Part shown: in pieces, positions 52,019 to 61,417 of the stretch | Layout: each line of letters begins with the position of its first letter | How positions within the stretch are numbered: the first letter of the stretch is position 1 | Assembly (NCBI GenBank): GCA_963762565.1 | Contig: CAVXLD010000003.1 | Coordinates: 96,001-160,000 of the forward strand | DNA length: 64,000 nucleotides | Source of the DNA: an uncultured Verrucomicrobiae bacterium | GTDB taxonomy: Bacteria; Verrucomicrobiota; Verrucomicrobiia; Chthoniobacterales; JAFAMB01 | Reading direction: 5' to 3' | Position numbers and translations under genes: made by a program | The notes under the pieces: generated by a model | What the model saw: the letters and a program-made list of their open reading frames with translations, nothing else | Database searches by the model: none | What the model was told of the DNA's origin: nothing

Positions 52019-52173
52019 ACAGAAAATTTCTTACAGAAGCTAACGAAGCAAACAAAGGGCTAAGGTGACAGGTTTCTGCGCCACTTTTGACCTCTTTCCT
52101 TCGTTATCTTCGTTACCTTCTGTAGAGAACCTCTGTCTTGTGGCCTTTGTGATCTTCTGTAAAAAAGATTCTT
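52019..52173 (+). repeat. ~155-bp direct repeat, copy 1
   Basis: Highly similar to 53124-53279. Confidence 0.85.
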
Positions 52174-52271
52174 GGGACGCAAATGCCGACCCGCAAGCAT
52201 CGACCTGCTTATGACGAAGCCCCATTTTCCGCACCCAATCTCAAGTGGGCGTTACTCATCTCCTGAGTACC

Positions 52272-53093
52272 ATGGCTAAAATCCTCCCACTGGCCGACGC
52301 GGTCGCGGAACTAGTCAACGACGGCGATCGGGTGGCTTGCGAAGGATTCACCCACCTAATTCCGTTCACAGCCGGACACGAAATCATCCGGCAACAGAAA
52401 AAGAACCTGACCCTGGTCCGTCTGACACCGGACCTCATTTACGATCAAATGATTGGGATGGGGATTGCAGCCAAATTGGTGTTCTCCTGGGGAGGTAATC
52501 CGGGCGTGGGTTCTCTTCACCGCCTGCGCGACGCGGTAGAACAACAATGGCCGGCAAAGCTTGAGATCGAAGAGTTCAGCCATGCCGGCATGGTACAAGC
52601 CTACAGTGCCGGTGCGGCCGGTTTACCTTTTGGAATTCTCCGCGGATTTACCGGAACGGATCTACCTAAAGTGAATCCGAAGATTAAGTCTATCACCTGT
52701 CCCTTTACTGGTGAGATCCTGGCAGCGGTTCCTGCCATTAGGCCCGACGTTGCCGTGATCCATGCTCAAAAGGCCGATCGGGAAGGCAACGTCCTGATCT
52801 GGGGAATTATCGGAGTGCAGAAAGAAGTCGTGCTCGCTTCCAAACGCGCGATCGTGACTGTCGAAGAAATTGTTGACCGGCTTGAGCCGCCTCCAAACGC
52901 CTGCGTATTACCGAGTTGGGTGGTCTCGGCGGTTTGTTTGGCTCCAGGAGGAGCGTATCCGTCGTACGCGCAAGGTTATTACGAGCGGGACAACCGCTTT
53001 TATCAAGCGTGGGATGAGATCAGCAGGTCACGCGAAGAATTTCTGAGCTGGATGAAGCTCAACGTCCTGGCAGGTTCCGCAACACCCAAATAA
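52272..53093 (+). CDS. pcaI: 3-oxoadipate CoA-transferase subunit A
   Basis: EGFTHLIPF, FSWGGNPGVGSLHR, PSYAQGYY; pca cluster context. Confidence 0.88.
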   Translation: MAKILPLADAVAELVNDGDRVACEGFTHLIPFTAGHEIIRQQKKNLTLVRLTPDLIYDQMIGMGIAAKLVFSWGGNPGVGSLHRLRDAVEQQWPAKLEIEEFSHAGMVQAYSAGAAGLPFGILRGFTGTDLPKVNPKIKSITCPFTGEILAAVPAIRPDVAVIHAQKADREGNVLIWGIIGVQKEVVLASKRAIVTVEEIVDRLEPPPNACVLPSWVVSAVCLAPGGAYPSYAQGYYERDNRFYQAWDEISRSREEFLSWMKLNVLAGSATPK

Positions 53094-53123
53094 AGCACAC
53101 ACAAACCACAGAAGGGCACAAAG

Positions 53124-53279
53124 ACAGAAAATTTTTCACAGAAGCTAACGAAGCAAACGAAGGACTGAGGCGAGAGGTTTCTGTGCCACTTTTGACCTCT
53201 TTCCTTCGTTATCTTAGTTACCTTCTGTAAAGAACCTCTGTCTTTGTGGCCTTTGTGATCTTCTGTAAGAAAGATTCTT
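53124..53279 (+). repeat. ~155-bp direct repeat, copy 2
   Basis: Ends immediately before the AGGAG RBS of pcaJ. Confidence 0.85.
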
Positions 53280-53284
53280 AGGAG

Positions 53285-54067
53285 ATGGACTACACAGCAG
53301 ACGAGATTATGACGGTTTCGGCGGCGCGAATGCTTCGGGACCAGGCAGTTTGTTTCGTCGGGATCGGGCTTCCCTCGAAGGCCGCTAACCTGGCCCGACT
53401 AACCCATGCTCCTGACCTTGTCCTGATTTATGAATCCGGGCCGATCGGCGCCAAACCCTCGGTTCTTCCTCTCTCGATCGGTGACGGCGAACTTTCGGTG
53501 ACAGCGGATACGACGGTTTCGACCGGTGAGATTTTCAGCTTCTGGCTCCAGGGCGGAAAAATTGATGTTGGATTCCTCGGCGCCGCCCAGATTGATCGAT
53601 TTGCAAATATCAATACTACGGTAATCGGGAGCTACGAGCATCCGAGGGTTCGATTGCCCGGCGCGGGCGGTGCTCCGGAAATCGCGGGTTCAGCCGGGGA
53701 GGTTTACCTCGTGCTAAAGCAGGCCCGCAAGACGTTTGTTGAACGCCTGGATTTTGTGACCTCGGTTGGTCATGGAGACGGTGGCGACTATCGGAAGCGC
53801 CTCGGCTTGCCAGGAAAAGGTCCGGTTGTAGTCATCACCGACCTTGGAATTTTTTGTCCAGATCAGAACACGCAGGAACTAACCCTTGCGAATATTCACC
53901 CGGGCCAGGAAATCGACGAAATTCGCGCAAGAACGGGCTGGGACCTGAAAATATCGGAGGATCTACGGTTAACTCAGCCACCAACCGAAGAGGAACTGGC
54001 TGTGCTGCGGGAACTTGAGCGTCGCACGGCGGAGGCGCACGGTTTGAGAATAGCAAATAGCAAATAG
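53285..54067 (+). CDS. pcaJ: 3-oxoadipate CoA-transferase subunit B
   Basis: FVGIGLP, LIYESG, GAAQIDRFANINTT, RLPGAGGAPEIA. Confidence 0.88.
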   Translation: MDYTADEIMTVSAARMLRDQAVCFVGIGLPSKAANLARLTHAPDLVLIYESGPIGAKPSVLPLSIGDGELSVTADTTVSTGEIFSFWLQGGKIDVGFLGAAQIDRFANINTTVIGSYEHPRVRLPGAGGAPEIAGSAGEVYLVLKQARKTFVERLDFVTSVGHGDGGDYRKRLGLPGKGPVVVITDLGIFCPDQNTQELTLANIHPGQEIDEIRARTGWDLKISEDLRLTQPPTEEELAVLRELERRTAEAHGLRIANSK

Positions 54068-54258
54068 CAAAAAGGGCGCTTGGTTTACGGGCCAATTCAC
54101 GAAGCGGCTCTGACAGCCGTCGCATCGGGGTTTTCGCCAAGAAAGATTGGACTTTTTTCTTGAACTCAAGCACCGCCATCTGCGATGGTCCCGCCGAGCT
54201 TTAAGCGGTCACGGAACCGGATGGCCGTGATTCCCCCCAGTTTTTAAAAGAGTTACCT

Positions 54259-56436
54259 ATGTCACGTTGTCGGCCGGTGGCGCGACGTTTTTCCCTCGGT
54301 CGCGCTTTGGGAGTCTTAGCAGCCTCTATGTTGGCTGTTAGCAGTTTGATGGTTTCGGCATTCGCCGAGAATAATGGTGTTTCTCTGGCGCCTCAGCTAG
54401 GATGGAGCAGTTGGAGCTTTGTCCGAAGAGGCCCGACGGAAGCGATCATCAAAGCGCAGGCTCTGGCAATGCACCAGAATCTGCAATCCAGCGGGTTTCA
54501 ATATGTCAATCTCGACGATTTCTGGTACCTAGATCCGCGGGTCACGGTGGACGCTTACGGTCGTTGGGTTCCTGATCCCATAACATTCCCGGACGGAATG
54601 GCGGCGCTCGGCGCCTACATTCATAGCCTGGGACTGAAATTCGGGATGTATATCACGCCTGGTATTCCCGTGGCCGCCGTTAAGGCGAATACTCCGATTG
54701 AAGGCACTCACTATACGGCCAAAGACATCGCCGATGTTCCCCAATATGAGATCAATTACAATTTCGGCAACGTTAACTATTATATCGACTTCACCAAGCC
54801 GGGAGCACAGGCATTCATTGACTCCTGGGCTAAACTTCTTGCGTCTTGGGGTGTCGACTACATAAAATTGGACGGGGTAGGAACTTGGGATGTCCCCGAT
54901 GTGATTGCCTGGTCGCAAGCGCTAAATAAGAGCGGGCGAGAGATTCATTTTGCTCTTTCTAACTCGCTCAGTCTGAATGCGGCGACCACTTGGGAAGCGT
55001 ACGCCAATAGCTGGCGTATCACTGGCGACGTTGAGTACTATCACAGTTCGGTTTATCCGCTGACAAGTTGGAGTAAAGTCCTCAATCATTTTCAGTCAAT
55101 GCCGCAGTGGACTGCGTTTTCGGCCCCTGGCCGCTGGCCGGATCCGGATTCATTAGAGATCGGAAACGGGTCACTGGACGGAATAAATTCGGACGGCAGC
55201 GCGTTCACGCAAAACGAACGGCAAACGCTGTTCAGCTGGTGGTGTGTTACGGCAGCGCCCCTCATACTAGGAACTGATCTGACCAGTAATACCGATTCCT
55301 ACGATTACTCCTTGCTACATACTAGTGAGGTGATCGCGGTTGATCAGGCGGGGGTCCAGGCAGCTCCGGTGGTGGATTATTTGAATAGCGATCCGAATGG
55401 GACTCAGCCTGAAACCTGGCGGGCTAAGGAAGCTGACAGCAGTTTCGTCGTTCTGGCATCCAATCCGTCAGGAAATACGCAGACCGGGACAACCGTTTGG
55501 TCGCTCTTTGGCATCCCAGGACCGGTAATGGTCCGCGACCTCTGGAACGGAGTTAACCTCATCGGAACCCCAAATGAGGATGGCGGATACCAAATTCCGG
55601 GTCCGCTGCCTTTCAGCCTTTCGGCATATCAGAGCCAGCTCCTAAAGGTGACGCCTATGGCGCCGATAACGCAATATCTGGTGAACGGCCCGAATTCGCA
55701 GCTGCTGGGTTCAGCTGTGTATGCGCAAGCCAATACTTGCAGCGACGGTACCAAGGCAAGCTACATTGGAAATGGGGGATCGATCGTATTCGGGAATGTT
55801 TATGCAGCAAAGGCCGGCACCTACACCCTCTCGATTCTGTATTTCACAGATCCGGCTCGCCCCAGCACAATCAGCGTTAACAATGGAGCGGCGGTGACCG
55901 TAACGTTTCCTAGCACCGGCTCTTTTTCGACGCTTGGGGCGATCACTCAGCCGGTGCTGCTCAACGCCGGCTACAATACGATAACGATTTCCGGGTCTGG
56001 CGGTTCCTACGCGCCTGACATCGATTCGATCACGGTCCCAGCAACCACCACTCAGTACCTGGCAGACGCGGCGAAATTTACCGGCAAGGACGTCGCAATC
56101 GTCGCCTCGCCTGAGGGCACCGACGGAAAGAAACTCTCGGTTAGCCAAGGAGGCAATTACACGGTTACGTTTGACGTGTCCATTGCCAGCGGTGGAGCTC
56201 ACTCACTGTTGATATTGTATCTCTCCGGGTCGGCGGCATCGGCTGATATCAAAGCCAGTTCATCAAAAGCGGTGGTTGTGAATTTTCTTTCGACGAGCGG
56301 CAATCCGGGAAATTCGGATGTCGTTGGCGTAGCCAATGTAAATCTGGACCTCCGGCAGGGTTCGAATACGATCACGATTTCTTCGGTTTCCAAAGAGACG
56401 GCTCCTGACCTTGATTCAATCATCGTGGTCGAGTAG
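54259..56436 (+). CDS. secreted GH27 alpha-galactosidase-like protein with C-terminal CBM35/CBM6-like modules
   Basis: LGWSSW, YVNLDDFW, WGVDYIKLD, SWRITGD, WPDPDSL, APLILG; two beta-sandwich repeats ending APD(I/L)DSI. Confidence 0.88.
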   Translation: MSRCRPVARRFSLGRALGVLAASMLAVSSLMVSAFAENNGVSLAPQLGWSSWSFVRRGPTEAIIKAQALAMHQNLQSSGFQYVNLDDFWYLDPRVTVDAYGRWVPDPITFPDGMAALGAYIHSLGLKFGMYITPGIPVAAVKANTPIEGTHYTAKDIADVPQYEINYNFGNVNYYIDFTKPGAQAFIDSWAKLLASWGVDYIKLDGVGTWDVPDVIAWSQALNKSGREIHFALSNSLSLNAATTWEAYANSWRITGDVEYYHSSVYPLTSWSKVLNHFQSMPQWTAFSAPGRWPDPDSLEIGNGSLDGINSDGSAFTQNERQTLFSWWCVTAAPLILGTDLTSNTDSYDYSLLHTSEVIAVDQAGVQAAPVVDYLNSDPNGTQPETWRAKEADSSFVVLASNPSGNTQTGTTVWSLFGIPGPVMVRDLWNGVNLIGTPNEDGGYQIPGPLPFSLSAYQSQLLKVTPMAPITQYLVNGPNSQLLGSAVYAQANTCSDGTKASYIGNGGSIVFGNVYAAKAGTYTLSILYFTDPARPSTISVNNGAAVTVTFPSTGSFSTLGAITQPVLLNAGYNTITISGSGGSYAPDIDSITVPATTTQYLADAAKFTGKDVAIVASPEGTDGKKLSVSQGGNYTVTFDVSIASGGAHSLLILYLSGSAASADIKASSSKAVVVNFLSTSGNPGNSDVVGVANVNLDLRQGSNTITISSVSKETAPDLDSIIVVE

Positions 56437-56465
56437 ACCCGGTTGGGACTGCACCCATCGCCGAA

Positions 56466-56733
56466 ACGGAGAGGAGCCGCATTCCGCGCTCTATCATCGC
56501 CGGCGTTCTTCCATACACGACGCTCCGCGTCTCAAGCATGTATTATCTGCGGCTCCCTTGATCGCTTGACCAGACCCCCAAACGTGCAACCTCAAACGGC
56601 TTGGTACGGTCTTCGGGGCGTCGCGGTTGTGGCACAGGACAAACGTTGCGCTTACTCTTAGGTCGCAGACGCGATCGGTATAGCAACTCTGAATGCAACG
56701 CCCCTCCGTTCCTCCTCTGGTACAGCTCAGGAT
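56466..56733 (+). repeat. structured ~270-bp element homologous to 36331-36538 (reverse strand)
   Basis: Same conserved blocks plus a ~60-bp insertion; imperfect IR ggagaggagccgcatt / aatgcaacgcccctcc. Confidence 0.8.
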
Positions 56734-56890
56734 GCGAACCAGACCTATAACACGGTATAGGATTGTTAGTTACAACCTCGAATCATGCGTTTCGCGGCTT
56801 CTTTTTGTTCGACGATCGAAAATTCTCGCGTTCGTCCCTTGCTCCGCGAGTGGGCACATCTAGACTGAAGGGAACTCCCGATATCTGTAC

Positions 56891-58963
56891 ATGAATGCGA
56901 CCGAATTGAACGTAAACGAGTCCGTCTCAGGAGCTGAAGAAACGGTAAGGCCGACGCCTGAGGGATTAATTCTTGCCGAAATTACAAACACCGTGACGCA
57001 GTTTAATGTCGAAGACATTCTGCAACGGCTGAAAGCCTTCGCCCAGAGTCTGAAGCAGCATCCTAAATCGTCACGGGACCACGCCGGCGATGTAGCCCTG
57101 CCGACCGTGGGAATTATTGGGATGGGCCGGTGCGGAACGAATATCGCCATCGACCTGGCCAATCTGGTGTACGAACAACGGAAGATTGGAATAAAAGAAC
57201 TATCACGTCGTGGGCGCGCCATGGCAAAGCGCCAGTCGCCCGCTGAGAAAAGATCGGAATCAAGCCATACTCGATCTGCCAACGGAAAAGCGGACGCGCC
57301 TTCATTCTGGGAACGCCTCTTTGGAGAAAAATCTGATCGTGATCAGGTGTTTCTGGTCGACCCAGTCATTCTCACGGCCGACCTGGACGGGGATACCACG
57401 CAAAGAATCAAGGTGGCGAATCCGACGCTTACCCAAGGCGCGCTCAGGTTCGGGATCACGGAGCTCGATTGGCTTAACCGGGGCGGTGCTGGCAATATCC
57501 CCGTCGTAGGACATTATTTGGCGACCTTGGCGCTCTTGGCCGAGGCAAAACCTGAAACGCCTTGGGCTCGCCACCGGAGCTACCTCGTCGATTCTTCCGG
57601 GTTGGCGGCCAATGCCTCCCGCCTTTTTTTCTATCTATTTAGCGCGGGCGGCGGATCGGGATCCGGTATGGCGCCGGTGTTTGGCCGGGCTCAACAACAA
57701 GCCCGAATGGTCAACGTAAAGCGGCAACGCCCAACCGGGCAGTCAACGCGGGAATATACAGAGGCGCTGTGCAGCGTTGGTGTCGCTGTTCTTCCGGATA
57801 TTTTGAGGACCGCGCATTCCCAGCATTACAACGCTGGCCGCCTTTTGTGCGAGTACTTGGCTTCGCTGAATCGCTTCGAACAAAGCTTCGATCCCGCGAC
57901 GGGCATGCCGCTACCGACATTTAATTGTTTGTTACTGGTGTCGAACACGGTGGTTCATCACGCGCTTGGTGAACGCTTTTCTTCCGAAATATACGCGGTC
58001 AAGGCTGAGCAGCTCGCGAACAAATATGTGGCTCGGCAACTCTTTAACCTGCTGACCGCACAAGCGTTGGTCGAAGATTATCGGATCACGGATCCAAAGG
58101 TAATTCCCGCAATGAATGCGGCAGGCATCAGTCTCGATGATACGACGAAGCTTGATATTAACGACTTGGAGAATTCGTTAAGCGGCACAGCCGTGATTGG
58201 GTACGCCGAGCAATTCGGGCATGAAGATTTCGGACAGCTGTTCCTGCGAGCGGTTTCTCCTGCCTCGTATAATTCGGACAATGAAGTTTTTGAAGGTATT
58301 AGCCTGCTTCCAAACAAATTTGAGGATTACCAGGCGACAATCGAGGCCTGCCGCAAGAATAACTCGATCGAACAGCTGCGAGACTTGGCCTTGTTTGGAA
58401 AAGCTTTGTCCGTAGTCGCAATTGTGTCGGCTCCACGGTCAGAACTATTTGAGCAATACAATCTTCGCAAGGTGCATGAAAATATAGAATCGCTTTTTCC
58501 GAACGCGACGATCAAGCGTTATGCGCTCATCTTGGGTGCTTCGGAGAATTGTTCCTTGACCCTGATTATTTCCGGCAGTGCATGTCTGGTGCCGGACGCG
58601 TTGTTTGCCATTCGAAATTATATCTTTGGTTGCTTCGTCGCCGACAACGGGCAACAGGAGCGTTTCACGCAGGTATTTAACCAACTTATGTCGAACCGTC
58701 AGTTTGAGCCTGGCGAGTTGGCTTCGATGCTGCGAGACAAAGAATCGCTAGACCCGATCATTGTGGGTATGGGCAGCCAAGGAGCCTGGCGCCGGCGGAA
58801 ACAAGAATTGGAATTGAGAGCTCAAAGCTTAAACCCGCGCAATGTCCCAAATAGTGCGCCGCCAGTAGTCGTAGAAGATGTTCTGCTTTCGAGACAGGAG
58901 GTAATCGACGCGTTGGAGTACATACATAGGGTGAGCAGTTTCCATAGACCGGTGACGGTTTAG
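56891..58963 (+). CDS. divergent tubulin/FtsZ-superfamily GTPase
   Basis: T1 IIGMGRCGTNIA, T3 GGAGNIPVVG, T4 FSAGGGSGSG, T5 GVAVLP, T6 LLVSN, T7 KLDINDL, followed by AVIGYA. Confidence 0.85.
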   Translation: MNATELNVNESVSGAEETVRPTPEGLILAEITNTVTQFNVEDILQRLKAFAQSLKQHPKSSRDHAGDVALPTVGIIGMGRCGTNIAIDLANLVYEQRKIGIKELSRRGRAMAKRQSPAEKRSESSHTRSANGKADAPSFWERLFGEKSDRDQVFLVDPVILTADLDGDTTQRIKVANPTLTQGALRFGITELDWLNRGGAGNIPVVGHYLATLALLAEAKPETPWARHRSYLVDSSGLAANASRLFFYLFSAGGGSGSGMAPVFGRAQQQARMVNVKRQRPTGQSTREYTEALCSVGVAVLPDILRTAHSQHYNAGRLLCEYLASLNRFEQSFDPATGMPLPTFNCLLLVSNTVVHHALGERFSSEIYAVKAEQLANKYVARQLFNLLTAQALVEDYRITDPKVIPAMNAAGISLDDTTKLDINDLENSLSGTAVIGYAEQFGHEDFGQLFLRAVSPASYNSDNEVFEGISLLPNKFEDYQATIEACRKNNSIEQLRDLALFGKALSVVAIVSAPRSELFEQYNLRKVHENIESLFPNATIKRYALILGASENCSLTLIISGSACLVPDALFAIRNYIFGCFVADNGQQERFTQVFNQLMSNRQFEPGELASMLRDKESLDPIIVGMGSQGAWRRRKQELELRAQSLNPRNVPNSAPPVVVEDVLLSRQEVIDALEYIHRVSSFHRPVTV

Positions 58964-58984
58964 TGTGCTCGGCTAGCCGCGCAC

Positions 58985-59027
58985 GTGAGAAGTGAGAAGT
59001 GATAAGTGATTGGTGATTGGTGATTGG
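58985..59027 (+). repeat. GTGAGAA/GTGATTG heptamer tandem run
   Basis: gtgagaagtgagaagtgataagtgattggtgattggtgattgg; shorter runs near 29775 and 61436. Confidence 0.7.
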
Positions 59028-59061
59028 GTACGAGGCGCGAAAGAAGCTTATGGGCCTGCAG

Positions 59062-59793
59062 TTAGGCCACGAGATCTTCGTCCCATTTTTCGGCTGTTAC
59101 CGGCACCTTCCCAGCGATCAAGTCTGCGAATGCGAGCAAAGTTTTAAGCGCATCACCGACTGGATAGTAGAAGGCGTCCCAATGCTCGCTGTCTTCGCCG
59201 TCGTGGTTTGGGATGACATAATCGAAATGCCAAGCGTCTTTCAATTCGGTGTATGCGCTTGTCGCGCGGCGTTCGATGTTTTCGAGATCCTTCAGGGACA
59301 AAGTCCCTTTTTGCCGTTGGGTGCGCCGCAACAGCTTGTGACGCATCACATCGGTCAGAAAATCCGGCAACGAGACGTTGCGTGATTTCAAAAATACGAT
59401 CTCCGCGCGCGACAGGGGCGAGAGAAAAACGGTCAGCAGATTCACTTTTGCCGTCAGCGCTTCCTGCAGTCTCCGCCCGACAAAAGGATTGCCCTCGAAA
59501 AAGAGCTCGCCCGTCGCAGAGGCCCGATCGAGATCACTTAAATCGACGGCTTGCAGGTCTCCTCGCACATCAAGAACAATAAAATTTTCTCGTTTGCGGA
59601 AGGTTTCGATTTCTTCTCGCGGTCGGAACCAATAGTCTTTGCCATCGATTTCGCCGGGTCGGGGGGAACGACAATTGTAAAGCACGAGCTTGCGCAAACT
59701 CGCGGCTGATTCGGGATAAAATTTTAAGAACGCGTGGTGAAGCGGGCCTTTGCCGACACAGGACGGACCGGAAAGGATAATGAATCGTCCCAT
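59062..59793 (-). CDS. guanylate-kinase-like P-loop kinase
   Basis: LSGPSCVGKG, RSPRPGEIDGKDYWF, VFLSP, FDYVIPN. Confidence 0.8.
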   Translation of the reverse strand: MGRFIILSGPSCVGKGPLHHAFLKFYPESAASLRKLVLYNCRSPRPGEIDGKDYWFRPREEIETFRKRENFIVLDVRGDLQAVDLSDLDRASATGELFFEGNPFVGRRLQEALTAKVNLLTVFLSPLSRAEIVFLKSRNVSLPDFLTDVMRHKLLRRTQRQKGTLSLKDLENIERRATSAYTELKDAWHFDYVIPNHDGEDSEHWDAFYYPVGDALKTLLAFADLIAGKVPVTAEKWDEDLVA

Positions 59794-59901
59794 GTAAGAA
59801 ACAGAGCTAGGCTAGATCAGGATTCAAGCGCATAGTTGCCCCGGCTCAATAGCTCCGTAACGTAAAACCGCCGACATTTTTGCGACGGTCTGAGGCAACA
59901 T

Positions 59902-60402
59902 ATGAGCAATACGGAATCACTGAAAAAGCTCGTTGGGAATTGGTTGATCGATGTGCAACGGCGCGGGGCTGAGCTCTACGCCGAGAACCAGGCAGATGAA
60001 GCGTTGTACCTTTCGTTTGAAGGACGGGATCTACTGCGATTCGCCGTCAGGATCGATTTCGTGGCTCAGGAAATAATGGTGCACATTAATAGCGCCGCGC
60101 TGAGCACCGCTAAGCGCGAAAGTTTTATATTAAATGAGGAGAGTCTTCGCTCGCTGGCGAAACAAATGTGTCCCGTTCGGGAAGGACAGGCGATTATTTC
60201 TGTCTATGTTCTCGCCCGGCTGGCGATTATGTGCCACGCCTATCAACGCTTGTTGGAAGAATACGACCGGGAACACCACATTCATACATCAACACATACG
60301 GTGCAGGAGATCGAAGCTGATCTGCGCGAGTGTCTGACTCCTGAGGAACAGCAAAGGACCGAAAATCCTTTCTTACGACAGAAGAGTGAAGGGGTGAAAT
60401 GA
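59902..60402 (+). CDS. hypothetical protein
   Basis: GAGG RBS, ATG start, 166 aa, no known motif. Confidence 0.65.
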   Translation: MSNTESLKKLVGNWLIDVQRRGAELYAENQADEALYLSFEGRDLLRFAVRIDFVAQEIMVHINSAALSTAKRESFILNEESLRSLAKQMCPVREGQAIISVYVLARLAIMCHAYQRLLEEYDREHHIHTSTHTVQEIEADLRECLTPEEQQRTENPFLRQKSEGVK

Positions 60403-60964
60403 GTCCTATAGTCAGGGAGGTTTTTTGTCCCGAAGAGACTACAGGACTCAGCCTGGGGTTTTAACCTGGCTAAAGCCCTGGGTTACGCGATTAACAAATG
60501 CGCCCTGAAAGCACTTCCAACCCCGCCTTATCGGGGTGCAATTCGGGGAGGGCGCGTCCTCGCGCGCCGCGAGGACGTGCCACCACCAAGCGGCCTATTT
60601 TCTTCCGGGATCAAAACACGCCCCCGGTTTCGGTCACGATCCGGCAGGTGCCGGGCGAGGACGCGATCCCTCCCGCCTCGTGCGCCTTCAGCATCTCCAA
60701 CCCCGCGTCCGCGGGGTGCTTTTCGGACTTGGCGCAATACTCCAATACTCCAACACTCCGCGTGGCCGGATTCGAGGACAGCCTGTCCGCCGTAGCCTAG
60801 AGGCTCCATGTTGCCAACCGCTCGAAGTCGGCCTCGCAAGCGAGGCGCGCTCCACAACCAAGGAGTCGGCGAAGGCGGAAGGACGAGAACGAACGAAGCG
60901 GGAAGATAATGTCTTGGGAAATTTGAAAGAATTGCTCCAGATTGTGTCTATTCCGTAGCGATCC

Positions 60965-61417
60965 ATGAAAGACAAACTCATCATCGTCGTCGATCTTGGT
61001 CTAGTCAGGGCGTATCGAATTGAGCTGAGTCCACAGCGAACTCCGCGCCTACAACAGCTCCAGCAGGTGGTGCTGGATGAGGCGCATAGCCGGATAAAGG
61101 ATCGAGTCACGGATTTTGCGGGCAGACATGGATCACCAACGCAAAAAAGTCGGAGTGCGCCAAAGGCGGATGACCAAAATCTTAAGCTCGAATCCAAACG
61201 ACGTCTGATTCGTCAGATTGCTGTCAGGATCACCCAGATCATCCAGCAGAATGCCAAGAACGGATGTTGGTTGGCTGCGCCGAAGGAAATCAATTTGCAA
61301 ATACTGAACGAATTACCTCCGGCGGCCCGAGAGCGGATCCAGAAGACTGTGCCATGTGATTTTACCAAGCTTAGTCCCGCGGAGGTGCTGGAACACTTTC
61401 TGGAACGGACTGTGTGA
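60965..61417 (+). CDS. host-attachment (AtsE-like / release-factor-fold) family protein
   Basis: LIIVVD..RAY, VTDFAGR, WLAAP, DFTK. Confidence 0.7.
   Translation: MKDKLIIVVDLGLVRAYRIELSPQRTPRLQQLQQVVLDEAHSRIKDRVTDFAGRHGSPTQKSRSAPKADDQNLKLESKRRLIRQIAVRITQIIQQNAKNGCWLAAPKEINLQILNELPPAARERIQKTVPCDFTKLSPAEVLEHFLERTV

Noticed and set aside
56891..58963. Calling the gene ftsZ or btubA
   Set aside because: The T1 loop, length, inserts and gene context fit neither; left without a symbol
60498..60958. Several overlapping ORFs, and similar ones at 12578-12826, 43397-43841 and 61432-62001
   Set aside because: Translations of repeat families A and B (RTRTTTRTR, EDEDDDEDE, RAGTRALP)
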